Source: Thelocarpon superellum (lineage: Eukaryota). From it: a stretch of 32,816 nt of DNA. The notes beneath the pieces are model-generated. The model was not told where the DNA came from, searched no databases, and saw only the letters and a program-made list of their open reading frames with translations. The translations under genes and the position numbers were made by a program. This document shows positions 11,679 to 23,519 of this stretch, in pieces. The first letter of the stretch is position 1, and every line of letters begins with the position of its first letter. The stretch is from the NCBI GenBank assembly GCA_026025795.1, contig JAPEUG010000181.1:1-32816 (forward strand). Reading direction: 5' to 3'.

Positions 11679-13246
11679 ATGCCGAGCGCCACGGGACAGA
11701 ACTGGGAGAAGTACAATAAGACCTTTGCCGACGATGAAGAGCCCGAGAAGAAGATCACGCCCCTGTCCGATGAGTAGGTCCCCCAACGTGGCCTGCTACC
11801 TGCAGTCTCGGTCTCTCGCATCGAGATCCACTGACGCCATAATCAGGGATATTCAAGTTCTCAAGACCTATGGCGCCGCACCCTACGCGGCAGCGCTGAA
11901 GAAGCTCGAGGCCCAGATCAAGGAGAAGCAGACCAGCGTGAACGACAAGATCGGTGAGTTTCCCCTCCGCGCCACCGTTTGGCTGTGAGAGGTAGCTGAT
12001 GATGAGACCAGGTGTCAAGGTAACATCTCCCCGCGCGGAATCCCACCTACCCTCAGTCTGACTGGTTCTTCAGGAATCAGATACGGGCCTGGCCCCACCA
12101 CATCTCTGGGACGTGGCAGCCGACCGACAACGCATGCAGGAGGAGCAGCCCTTACAGGTAGCACGATGCACCAAGATCATTCAAGACGAGAAAGACCCGG
12201 AGAAGAGCAAGTATCTCATCAACGTCAAACAGATCGCCAAGTTTGTGGTGAATCTAGGCGACCGAGTCAGCCCGACGGACATCGAGGAAGGCATGCGCGT
12301 CGGGTAAGTTCTTCTGGCCGTCTCGGGTGGCGTTATATCAGGCTTCGCATGCTCATGGCTCTACAGAGTGGACCGGAACAAATACCAGATCCTCCTCCCG
12401 CTGCCACCCAAAATCGACGCCAGCGTGACGATGATGACGGTGGAGGAGAAACCCGACGTGACATATGGAGATGTGGGTGGGTGCAAAGAACAAGTGGAGA
12501 AGCTTCGCGAGGTGGTGGAGATGCCACTGCTGTCGCCCGAGCGCTTCGTGAGCCTTGGCATCGACCCGCCCAAGGGCGCGCTGCTGTACGGGCCGCCCGG
12601 CACGGGCAAGACGCTCTGTGCGCGGGCCGTGGCGAATCGCACGGACGCGACCTTCATCCGGGTGATTGGAAGCGAGCTGGTGCAGAAGTACGTGGGCGAA
12701 GGCGCGCGCATGGTGCGCGAGCTCTTTGAGATGGCGCGGACCAAGAAGGCGTGCATCATCTTCTTCGACGAGATTGACGCCATCGGCGGCGCTCGGTTCG
12801 ACGATGGGGCTGGGGGGGACAACGAGGTGCAGCGGACCATGCTGGAGCTCATCACGCAGCTAGATGGATTCGACTCGCGCGGCAACATCAAGGTCATGTT
12901 CGCCACCAACCGACCTTCCACCCTGGATCCCGCGCTGATGCGGCCGGGGCGGATCGACCGGAAGATTGAATTTTCCCTGCCCGACCTGGAGGGACGAGCC
13001 AACATCCTCCGAATCCACGCCAAGAGCATGTCGGTCGAGCGAGATATCCGGTGGGAGCTCATCTCGCGCCTGTGCCCCAACTCGACGGGAGCCGAGCTGC
13101 GCAGCGTGTGCACCGAGGCGGGCATGTTCGCCATTCGCGCGCGGAGAAAGGTGGCGACCGAGAAGGACTTTCTGAGCGCCGTCGACAAGGTGATCAAGGG
13201 CAATCTCAAGTTCAACTCGACCGCAACCTACATGCAGTACAACTAG
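11679..13246 (+). CDS. RPT1: 26S proteasome AAA-ATPase subunit Rpt1 (regulatory subunit 7). Exons 11679-11773, 11847-11953, 12012-12019, 12074-12303, 12367-13246
   Basis: '[16 protein letters not shown]', '[12 protein letters not shown]', Walker A 'GPPGTGKT', Walker B 'IIFFDEID', C-terminus 'ATYMQYN'. Confidence 0.96.
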
Positions 13247-13849
13247 GGACGACCTCTTGGATTGCACTCCCCTTTCTCCACGCAGCGAACGGCGGGACTG
13301 GACTGTACCATAGTTGGGCGAAGGCGACGGTTCTGTCAACGGTAGATATCTTCCTGAGCATGTGGCATATCGCAATTGTTTCGCCAGCTGTGAAGTGCCC
13401 TAGCGCCCTGTGCCCATTTGATCACCAGCACTACTGGTGTAGCGTACCACCCTGGCGATTGACATGTAACTCGGGGGTCCCTTCAAGTAAAGCATCACGT
13501 GTCAAGGCGGCGAGCTCCACGTCTGCTGGTCTGCCAGATTGCTGTCGGCAAAATGCACCAAGGCCAAGCGGGATTAGTGCGATTATCTCACCACTCTGTC
13601 CGGCTCATGCCGCCTGGCCGCACGAGGTTCTGTAGGTACTCGCTTTGGTGCGAAGGCGAGTAGTTCGCACCCTCGTTGCCCATTCTTGCCCGCCGGCCGT
13701 TAAAGTGAGACGCCTATGCTCTATGCCTCGTACGCCTCGGCATCTCAGTCGAGTGGTCATTCATTTCATTTGCCCCTCGCCGCACCGCATCCTGTGCCAT
13801 CGTGCTCCTGGATCTCTCCACCATCGGCTCGACTTCTGCGTGCATCACC

Positions 13850-16197
13850 ATGTGCTCCTTGGGCGTACGAGCCCTGGCCGCCGCGCCTAAAGTATGGACC
13901 CCGCCCTCGTGCGTCGTTGTTCCGGATGCGTCTTGTTGACCAGGATCTACCCGCAGCTCTCGTGGACTCCACGCATTCACTCGCGACTCTTTTCCTCCAC
14001 CAAGCCTGCCGGTACCCTCACCTAGCCACCCTGTCGATCAATGGACACTAATCCAGGCATTGGCCACAGCCCGGATCATCGCCAACCAGCCATTACGGGC
14101 CAAGGAAGCTTCGCCATTTGTGAGCCACAAGTACCCCGTCATCGTACGTCCACATCGCCCCCCAGATCTTGTCGACCGGAGCTCATGCCTTCATCTAGGA
14201 CCACGAGTATGACGCGGTCGTGGTTGGAGCCGGCGGCTCAGGCCTGCGCGCCGCCTTTGGGCTTGCCGAGGCCGGCTTCAACACCGCATGCATCTCCAAG
14301 CTTTTCCCCACGCGAAGTCACACGGTCGCGGCCCAGGGAGGCATCAATGCCGCCTTGGGGAACATGCACGAGGATGACTGGCGCTGGCATATGTACGACA
14401 CCGTCAAGGGTTCTGACTGGCTGGGCGACCAGGACGCGATTCATTACATGACACGGGAGGCTCCCCAGAGTGTCATCGAGTTGGAGAACTATGGCTGTCC
14501 CTTTTCGCGGACGGAAGACGGCAAGATGTACGATTTCCCCTTTCCACCTGCCCATCTGCCCACCTGCCCATGATCCCGCACCACGCTGACCGGAGGCAAA
14601 TGCACAGCTACCAGCGCGCTTTTGGAGGACAGTCACAGAAGTACGGCAAAGGCGGCCAGGCATATCGGTGTTGCGCCGCTGCCGACCGAACCGGACACGC
14701 CCTCCTGCATACTCTCTATGGCCAATCATTACGTCACAATACCAACTACTTCATCGAATACTTTGCCCTGGACCTGATCATGGAAGATGGAGAATGCAAA
14801 GGGGTCATCGCCTACAACCAAGAAGACGGCACGCTCCATCGCTTCCGCAGCCACAACACCGTCCTGGCCACCGGCGGCTACGGCCGGGCCTACTTCAGCT
14901 GCACCTCGGCCCACACCTGTACCGGCGACGGCATGGCTATGGTCGCGCGAGCTGGTCTTCCCAACCAGGACCTCGAGTTTGTCCAGTTCCATCCCACGGG
15001 CATCTACGGCGCCGGCTGTTTGATCACCGAGGGCTCCCGAGGAGAGGGTGGATACTTGCTCAACTCCGAGGGGGAGCGGTTCATGGAGCGCTATGCGCCG
15101 ACGGCCAAAGACCTGGCCAGTCGCGACGTCGTCTCCCGATCCATGACCATGGAGATCCGCGAAGGCCGCGGAGTCGGGCCCGACAAAGACCACATCTACC
15201 TACAGCTCAGCCACCTCCCGCCTGAGGTTCTCCACGAGCGTCTGCCCGGCATCTCGGAGACGGCGTCCATCTTCGCCGGAGTCGACGTGCGGAAGCAGCC
15301 CATCCCCGTCCTCCCCACGGTGCATTACAATATGGGTGGCATCCCAACCAAGTACACGGGCGAGGTCATCACCGTCGATGAGCAGGGCAAGGACCAGGTT
15401 GTGCCCGGACTCTTTGCCTGCGGGGAAGCAGCCTGCGTGTCGGTGCACGGCGCCAACCGATTGGGTGCCAACTCGCTGCTCGATCTCATCGTCTTTGGCC
15501 GGGCCGTGTCGCACACGGTCCGCGACAACTTCTCGCCCGGCCAGCCGCACAAGGAAATCCGGGCCGACGCTGGCGCGGAGACGATCAGCATGCTCGACAA
15601 GATCCGCACGGCCGATGGGCCCAAGAGCACCAACGACGTGCGCACGGCAATGCAGAAGGTCATGCAGACGGACGTCAGCGTCTTCCGCACCCAGGACAGC
15701 CTGGAGGAGGGCGTCAAGCGTATGAAGGAGGTCGACCAGAGCTTCCATGAGGTCGGCACCAAGGACCGCAGCATGATCTGGAACTCGGATCTAGTGGAGA
15801 CCCTGGAGCTCCGTAACCTCTTGACCTGCGCGTACGTCTCCCCCTTTCCCTTTTCCCTTTTCCCTTTCCCTGTCCTCGCGACGCCCCACACCTGTCGCCT
15901 TACTGAGTGCCTCCTAGTATCCAAACGGCCGAAGCGGCCGTGAACCGCAAGGAATCTCGCGGTGCTCACGCACGCGAGGATTTCCCGGAGCGCGACGACG
16001 AGAAGTGGATGAAGCACACGCTGACCTTCCAGAAGGAGCCCCATGGCAAGACCGAGCTCACTTACCGCAGCGTCGTCGACCACACCTTGGATGAGAAGGA
16101 ATGCAAGGCCGTCCCCCCTTTCAAGAGGTGTGTTGGCGGCCCCGTACCTCGCCGGCGTGTCTCACGCTAATCGCTCTTCTACCACAGAGTCTACTGA
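13850..16197 (+). CDS. SDH1: Succinate dehydrogenase flavoprotein subunit, mitochondrial. Exons 13850-13891, 13957-14011, 14070-14143, 14199-14527, 14608-15831, 15918-16127, 16188-16197
   Basis: '[15 protein letters not shown]', the FAD-attachment motif '[16 protein letters not shown]', '[11 protein letters not shown]', 'RKESRGAH'. The first exons encode a basic, acid-free presequence-like peptide; the start is less certain than the body. Confidence 0.95.
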
Positions 16198-16438
16198 AGA
16201 ATGATCGCTAGATTTTCCCCTCGGGTACTGCGTGTGCATCGCGCTTGTAGTCAGTCATGTAGCATCCATCGATCAGCGTCAAACATGTCAAAACTAGCCC
16301 AGTAGCCAGAGACGCGGTTGAATGCTGCTGAATTTAACAATCTGATGGTGTATGACACCGAGTCCAGTCTGTCCCTTCCCAACGCCGCGGCACCATGCAT
16401 GCGAGTTCGCGCTCTTCCTTCCCCTCCACGCCTCGCCC

Positions 16439-17110
16439 TCACTCGACGAAATTCCGTAGCTTGGTGATCTCGTCGAGGATATCCTGCAGGTCGGCATCGG
16501 ACTCCTTGTTTGTCAGACTCGGGATCAGGGTCTTGGCTTCTTCGGCGCTCTCGCAGCAGAGGGAGCCTGGGCGCAGTGGTGGCGTCAGTGTCCAGAAGAC
16601 CCCCGCAACGGCCGCGAGCGGAGGGAGTCGAGGCGAGAAGGGAAGGCACATACCAAGCTGCGAACGCTCAAACGGCTCCAGATTCGGACGAGAGAGTAGG
16701 AGTCGTTCCACTGCTTCGATGTTCTCCTTCTCCTGGAAGCGGGCGAATACTCGTAGATATTCTTGTGTCTTGACCAGCATCCTGTTTCCCGTTCCGTCTC
16801 GTCAGTGTCGGTTGTGCAGGGAGAGTGCCCAGGCCTTATCCAAGACGTGATCACGTCGGCACCGGCGTAGGCCGGATCCTGGAGCAGATACTCGGAAAGA
16901 AGGGGTGGCCTACTCCGTATCCTGCACCTCACGGCCTCCAGTCTTCTCCTTGCGTTTATCCATGACTACGTTGATCAGGAGCCGTGCTTCGGACAGGGAC
17001 AGCGACGGCACGCCAGCGAACTCGCCCAGTCGTAGCTCTGAGGTCGCTTCTTCATCACCTTGCGGCAGTTCCCGCGCTCGTGAGGTCGGCGCGTGTGCGT
17101 GGCCGGTCAT
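16439..17110 (-). CDS. RPB4: RNA polymerase II subunit Rpb4. Exons 17110-16914, 16781-16654, 16566-16439
   Basis: 'DEEATSELRLGEF', 'LSLSEARLLI', 'KTQEYLRVFARF', 'FERSQLGSLCCESAEEAKTLIPSL'. Confidence 0.92.
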
Positions 17111-17506
17111 GGCGGCGTGACGTCTGGCGCAGGATGTGATTGGACCACTTGTCACATTGGAAGGAGATCCAAGACGGCTGGAGGTGGTGGTGTTATGACA
17201 ACCGTGATCTTCGCAGACAAAAAAGATTTCAGGAACCGTTCGGGATTAGTTGGTGGACAGGTCGCACTACCGTTGCTGTACCTCCTCGCCTTCGCCATTG
17301 TGTGCGGTTCCAGATCAAACGAACCCCACCACTGCCGCCACTTTCAACACTCTCGGGACAGTCTCATCACAAGGCCAAAGCAGAGGTTCTTCCACCGCGG
17401 GCACAATCCTTACAGCGCTCTTGCTCTGGTCAATCTATGTGAGCGGCCAAACACCAGGCTATGGCTGCGCTACTTGTGCCGTATCCTCGTCGATGAAGGG
17501 TCAGCC

Positions 17507-18076
17507 ATGTAAGATGATCAATTGACCCACCGTCAGTGGATGACCATCAGAGAGAGCTGATGCCTTCCAGGGTCGTCTTCGCCCTCATTATCGTCAATCG
17601 CGCAGGCGGGCTGATCTACCAGCGCGACTTCCATACCGGCTTGAACAAGCTCTCGATCAACGACTACCTGGTCCTGGCCGGAACCTTCCACGGGTACGGG
17701 ATCCACTGAACGCCCCCCCCCCTCCCCCCTCCCCACCCCCGCCATTGCTGCCCCGAGCTTACCTCTCTGTCTTCTCTCTAGTATCCATGCCATCACTGCC
17801 AAGTTGACGCCGGAGCCGATCCCCGGCGTACCGTCCACGGGCATCGAAGTGTTGGAAAGCGACCAGTTTCGGCTCCAGTGCTTCCAGACCTTGACAGGGA
17901 CCAAGTTCCTCTTGTTCACAGAGCCTCACCAGCCCAATGTTGACGCCATCACTCGCAAGGTGTATGAGCTGTATGCCGACTACGTCATGAAGAATCCCTT
18001 CTACCAGATCGATATGCCGGTCAAGTGCGAGGCCTTTGACCGGCACCTGGGGAGTTATATCAAGCCTCGACAGTAG
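17507..18076 (+). CDS. TRS23: TRAPP complex subunit Trs23 (TRAPPC4, sybindin-like). Exons 17507-17508, 17571-17693, 17782-18076
   Basis: Spliced N-terminus '[17 protein letters not shown]', then '[16 protein letters not shown]', '[13 protein letters not shown]', '[14 protein letters not shown]'. Confidence 0.92.
17713..17740. repeat. C-run tract in TRS23 intron 2 (G-quadruplex-capable on the minus strand)
   Basis: Four C-runs of at least 4 nt separated by single bases. Confidence 0.7.
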
Positions 18077-18190
18077 GGAGATATACCAGCCAGGTTACAT
18101 CAAGTCGAACGCATTGGGTACGGCCTTGTTCGTGTGGGAGAATCAGATTTGAAAACATCTATCTTCGACCAAACGGTCGCGAGCATACGC

Positions 18191-18913
18191 TTACAGTGCC
18201 TTTCCGCCGGCCTTTTCATTGACATACTCGGCGCTGTCCGTCTTGCCCGAGGGCGGCATCGGTCGCTCCTTGCCCTCGAAGGTCCAGTCATTTAGATAGC
18301 CCGTCGCCCCGCTCAGGTACGTAGCGAAGCCGAGCCAGCCCACGTACGGCACCAACGCCCACGCCGCGACTTCATCCACCTGGCCCCAGATGTACGTCAG
18401 GTAAGCCGTGGTGCCCAGAATGGCGGCACAGTCCACCGTGGCTTCGATCGGTCGGTGGAACTTGAAGAAGAGAGGGGTCCAGATGAGGTTCAGCCCCAGT
18501 TGAATCGTATACAGCGTCGCACCTTGCTGCTCGAAGGTCAGCCATGGTCTGACCTCGGCCGGAGGGGCCACCCACCTTGGTCAGGGAGACAGTGTTCGGG
18601 TTGAGGGAGTTGATGCCCGTATCCCACGCACGGTAGGCGGAGAAGCCCATGAGGGCGTAGAGCAGGGTCCACACCGGACCAAAGATCCACGGAGGCGGCC
18701 GCAGCGGCGGTTGCTTGAGGGCCATGTAGGTCTTCTGGGTGTTGCTCGCTACCACCGGCCACGTCACTCGATTGACCCTTGAGCGGGAGCAAGAAACCTA
18801 CGAGAGATTGCATATCCCACGGCCGAGCCCAGGCCGACCGGCAATAAGATCGAGAGAGCCGGCTGAGCGAAGATGGCGCTCGGAAGCGTGAGGGAGGGAA
18901 TGTAGGCCGTCAT
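18191..18913 (-). CDS. TSPO: TspO/MBR family (translocator protein) membrane protein. Exons 18913-18802, 18748-18576, 18526-18191
   Basis: 'YMALKQPPLRPPPWIFGPVWTLLYALMG', 'QLGLNLIWTPLFF', 'LVPYVGWLGFATYL'. Confidence 0.92.
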
Positions 18914-19496
18914 GGCGACCGAGGTGCAGCTTCAATCAGAGGTGAGACTACTGATTGTGACGATCAGCTCCGTTCGATGAACGCAAGTCACGAGCAAACG
19001 GGGTTGACGCATGCCTATTACCTATAACCGCTGACTGTGTCACGCCACGAGCTCCCTACGTTTATAGTTGGTGGTGCTCTTCGCAGCGGAGGAACTGTCG
19101 CTACTGGCGACGTCACCAGGGATTCCCCGCCACAGCATTACTCCCCTCCCCCAGGCGATGAGGGCAAAGGGATGAGTTAGCGAGCCGGTGGCCGCAGTAT
19201 TGGCACCATCGGCACGACTGGCCGACGTCCAGCTGGAGCCGCCGTGGGAGCCTGACTGGCTTTGGGACAACAGGCCTATAGCAACTTTACCCGGCGGAGA
19301 TCCAATCAGATCCACGCGCACCAATTACCGCGCCCTTTCGTACTCCCGTACTAGCGGCAGAGGTACCGTCGTACCGTCGTACGAAGTACCTTGGTACCTC
19401 CGTACCGATCGGTTTTGGAGAACAGCTATTTCTTCTCTTGGGCTCCGCTCCTCCTTTCCCTCCGCGTCAGCATCATCTACGGCTGAATCAAGCAAG

Positions 19497-19922
19497 GTGT
19501 GTGCTCACGAACGCGCGACTCCATTCTTTCCATGCAGATCTCGTTGCTCTTCTTTCACTTCCCATCGTCTTCGCCCCTATCCTCCTTGTAGCTCCGCCGT
19601 CGGGCATTCCCTTCCGTCCCCGGTCTTTGACCTGGACGCTTCGTTTCCCCCATCCATTAACTTCTTCATCATGACGGCACTCATCCTTAATATCGACCTC
19701 TCCTCATCGTCTCTTTTCGTGTTCCCATCACTACGTCAACTACCCATGACCTTTCTGACCTGTGCCCATGTGTGCCCACAGCAGCCTTGCTCCAGCCTCC
19801 TCCCACACGACCCGCATTCGCCACGGGCCAGGTACTCCTTGACCCAGCGCTTCGAGGGCCTTTCGCGCGCCTCACATGACTTCGCCCGCGTAGCTAACGA
19901 GCACCGATTGACGCGAGGCCAG
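19497..19922 (+). other. Two predicted 5'-UTR introns of ARS2 (19497-19781 and 19832-19922)
   Basis: Intron 1: AG|GTGTGT...CTGAC...CAG. Intron 2: AG|GTACTC...GCTAAC...CAG. All upstream ATGs in this span fall inside the introns. Confidence 0.5.
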
Positions 19923-19948
19923 CTTCGTCGCGCTCGACCTTGATCGCC

Positions 19949-22824
19949 ATGGACATGTATCCCACCCATCGCTCGCCTCTCGAGTCCACGTCTCCTGTGG
20001 TTAAGACGGACGCTCGATGGAGTGCTCGTGATGACGACGTCTACCGACGAAGATCGCCAGGTGAGTCAATCATCATGAGCTCGCACCAGCCGAGCCGGAG
20101 CTGGTCGAGCTCGGACAGACCGCTCACGTCTTGGGCAGAACCTTCCGACCGACGCCCGCGTCAGCGGAACCGCTCGCGCTCACCGCCCGTCATCGATCGC
20201 TACCAGCCTGCTCCCTACCATGACGGGCCACCGCGCGATCGAGACCGTGACCGAGAGCGGGATCTGGATCGGGACCGGGACCGGGACCGGAACCGTGATC
20301 ATCGCCGTCGCCCGCCATCGCCCGTGGCAGCCAACATTGATCGATATGTACCCGGGCAAGAACCTCGACCGCTGCCGGCCAACCCCATCGCCGACCCGCA
20401 CAAGTTGGACCATCAGGTGGGCTTTTCGTACTTTGGCGAATGGTGGCGTTACAATGAGCAAATCAAGGAGGAGAAGGAACGTCAGCGCAACGGGGGCCGG
20501 CGCGCCTCAGACCGCATCAAGGGCGAACGCGAAGCACGCGAGGATCGGGCCAAGGAGAAGGGCCAAATTCAAGTCGCGTACGATGCCTACAAGGAGGAGC
20601 TACAAGTCAAGATGGCAAAGTCCTTTGTCCAAGCACACAAGAACGATGAATGGTTCAAAGAGCGCTATCTCCCCGAGCTCCGGGACGACCTTCGCCGCCG
20701 ACTGAACGACTTCCGTCGCGGCCCGTACAGCATCTGGGAACGAGACCTAGAGGCTGGCACTTTTGACGAATTCACGCTCGAGGGTATCTACAAAGGTGAT
20801 AGTAATGGCGTCGGGGGAATCGTCGAGAAGGAAGAGGGCGAAGCGGTGGCTCACGCCGAGGTGCTAGGGGTGGGTGACCTGCTGCCCTCGAAAGGCGGCG
20901 ATATCCGCGACGAGACCGCCTTTCAACCCGCCCTGCTCATCAAGACCATGGCTCCGACCGTGAGCCGCGCCAAGATCGAGGAGTTCTGCAAGGAGCACCT
21001 CGGCGAGTCCGAGGGCGGCTTTCGCTGGCTTAGTCTGAGCGATCCCAACCCGAGCAAACGCTTCCACCGGATCGGCTGGGTAATGCTGCATCCGGGCGCC
21101 GCGCCCGAGGCTGGAGCCGATCGGGGGGATGGGCGCGATGAGGAACGTGAAGATGCCGACGACGCCACCGACCGTCCCGACGTGGCCGCCGAGGGTCCGA
21201 CCACGACCACGACCGCGGGGAAGGCGCAGGAAGCGGTCAACGGCAAGACCATACATGACGAGACCCGAGGCGACTTCACCTGCCACGTGGGCGTCCATGT
21301 ACCGCCCACCGAACCGCGCAAGAAGGCGCTCTGGGACTTGTTCTCCGCCCCCGAGCGCGTCGAGAAAGATCTTGAGCTCGCCCTTCGGCTCGTCGCCAAG
21401 CTGGATCGGGATGCGGATGCCGGCTGGGATGGGGTGCGGAAGATGGAGGAGCGCGTGGATCAGCTCCGATTGCGAGGCTTACTGCAGCCGCCAGCGCCGG
21501 TTTCGTCTCGCCCCAAGAAGAAAGGCCAAGCGGGCGCTGTCTTGGGTCTGGACATCGACGGGCTCGACGACGGCGAGAATGAGCCGCAAGACGACGAGGA
21601 CGACGAGGAGGATGAGGGCGCTTACGACGAGGAGGTTGATGACGAGGAGCTGATTGTGCAGAAGAAGAAGCTCGATCTCTTGGTTGAGTACCTGCGTCGC
21701 GTTCATAACTTCTGCTTCTTCTGCGTCTTCGAAAGCGACTCCGTGCACGAGCTCGCCCGCAAATGCCCGGGGGGCCACCTGCGCCGGCCACGCGCCAGCC
21801 TAAACTCCACTGCCCAGGCTGCCGCTCGCGCCAGCGCCCTCGGCCAACCCTTCCCATCACGACGGGGTTCGAAGGATGAGACGGACGGAGTAGGATCACC
21901 GGAGCAGAAATTTGCCCGTGCGGGCACGCGCAACGAGCAGCAGCTGCAGCGCGCTTTCAACTGGGTCCGCACCTTTGAGGACAAGCTCCGGCAGATTTTA
22001 GACCCGGACACGGTCGACCTGCGCAAGCTGGGAGGCGTGCATGCAGACGAGGCCGTGGAGGAGGAGATGGCCAAGTTCGTGCGGCAGGAAGATGAAAGCA
22101 AGTTCCGTTGCAAAGTGCCCGATTGCACCAAGTTGTTCAAGGGCCAGGACTTCTGGAAAAAGCACGTGGAGAAGCGGCACCCTGAATGGCTCGAGAGTCT
22201 TCGACACGAGGTAGGTTGTGCGAGATCCACTGGGACGGTGAATGCTGGACGCTGACCCCTTGGCAGGCCGATCTGGTCAACCAGTACGTGCTGGACCCGG
22301 CGCATATCGCCCCTTCTCGTTCGGACGCCAATAGCAACGGTCATTTTCCCAACGGATACCACTATCCTTCAGGGACCCCTCGTGGGTTCAACCTCTCCCA
22401 TATGCCAATGGGCTTCAATCCAGTCTTGGGCGGCAACGGCATGTTTCCGCCCTCGGTCGGCTTTCCGGTCACCTCCTTTCACCAACCCATTCAACGTTCC
22501 GACGCCGCGGGCTTCGGTGCCGGAGATGATCGGCATCAAACGGGCCCGGTGCGACGGGGAGGGCGGTATGGCGGCAGCAATCGGCCTGGTCCGTATGATC
22601 GACGGCCTCGCGACGGTCGCGACCCTCGGTGGGCGGCTGGGGCCGGGGGTGGATTGAGTCCACCGCACGGCGGCATGAGCCGGCCTAGTGGTGCGGGCAA
22701 GTGGGGCGATGGCGCGGGCGGCATGGCCGTTCTTCCTCGGGAGGCTGTGCAGGGACGAAGCCTAAAGAGCTATGAAGATCTGGACGCTGTTGGCGGTGGA
22801 GGAGGGGGGGAATTGAATTACTGA
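19949..22824 (+). CDS. ARS2: ARS2/SERRATE-like RNA effector (cap-binding-complex partner) with a C2H2 zinc finger. Exons 19949-20060, 20139-22210, 22267-22824
   Basis: RS/RD-rich N-terminus, 'FVQAHKNDEWFKERY', 'LDLLVEYLRRVHNFCFFC', zinc finger 'CKVPDCTKLFKGQDFWKKHVEKRH', C-terminal 'RSLKSYEDLDA'. Confidence 0.88.
20236..20299 (+). repeat. Degenerate GACCGG hexamer repeat encoding an Arg-Asp dipeptide tract in ARS2
   Basis: Seen directly; translates RDRDRDRERDLDRDRDRDRNRD. Confidence 0.85.
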
Positions 22825-23082
22825 GTCCAGACTGCATCCAGGAAAATGCGACAAGACCTCAAAGTAATTGGCATTACACTGCGTGGAGGATCTGCTTCCA
22901 TTTGCCACATGTGCCAAGATGTCTTTCCCACCCGCGCGGCCTTTCCTTATACCAATTACTCGAACATCTGACCCAGCTCGGTGAAGATAGAATCAGAGAG
23001 AATGTAGAACAACGCAGAAAAGAATGAAGGGGAGCTGAGGTGAAAAAGGAAGCGTGTTTCTCTCCCAAGACATCAAAATGGC

Positions 23083-23089
23083 AAAAAAA
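23083..23089 (-). terminator. Pol III terminator (T7) of tRNA-Tyr
   Basis: A7 on the + strand immediately past the tRNA 3' end. Confidence 0.85.
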
Positions 23090-23177
23090 TCTCTGGACCC
23101 GGAGTTGAACCGGGGACTCTTCGGTAGATGCAAATCCCTTTACAGCCGAATGCCATAACCAACTAGACCATCCAGAG
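23090..23177 (-). tRNA. tRNA-Tyr (anticodon GTA) with a 14-nt intron (23126-23139)
   Basis: The reverse complement folds as a tRNA: acceptor stem CTCTGGA/TCCAGAG+A, D-arm with TAGTTGGTT, anticodon stem TTCGG/CCGAA with CT-GTA-A, intron after position 37, and T-arm CCCGG-TTCAACT-CCGGG. Confidence 0.96.
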
Positions 23178-23198
23178 TTTCTTGTCTGAATCTGGCTC

Positions 23199-23215
23199 TA
23201 ATTATAATATATTAA
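23199..23215 (-). promoter_or_regulatory. AT-rich TATA-like element ~22-38 bp upstream of the tRNA gene
   Basis: 'taattataatatattaa' at the position expected for TFIIIB binding, in an otherwise GC-rich window. Confidence 0.6.
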
Positions 23216-23519
23216 CCTGGCAAATTGTGCGACTCATGAGAAGGGATTTGATCAGCCTTGCGCCACCTGCGACGATTGCACCCGTCAAGGTTGGCAATGG
23301 AATGTCGACGTCCTGTCACTTTGCGGCCGAATAAATATCGATGATCCCACCGACCGGCCGGCGAGTATGTGCCAGTGCTTTCTCCTGGGGTTTCGTATGT
23401 GCAACGCCGACTCTTCTACTTTTTCTGAATTCAATATCTTGTGCCCTTGACCAGTGCGGGTTCCATCTTTTCCTTGTCCGTAGTATATTCCTCTTCGAAG
23501 CTTTCATCACAGCACAAAT

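Noticed and set aside
12361..13215. Long antisense ORFs (284 aa over RPT1, and similar ones over the SDR, SDH1 and ARS2)
   Set aside because: These are expected shadows of GC-rich codon usage in conserved genes, with no independent protein features.
16128..18191. Cryptic peroxisomal targeting via stop readthrough or alternative C-termini
   Set aside because: No TGA-CTA readthrough context at the stop codons checked, and no PTS1 tripeptide (TspO ends KAL).
19188..19943. 251-aa GTG-started ORF upstream of ARS2
   Set aside because: The translation is low-complexity and Ser/Pro/Phe-rich, derived from pyrimidine-rich DNA. Promoter plus intron-containing 5' UTR explains it better.
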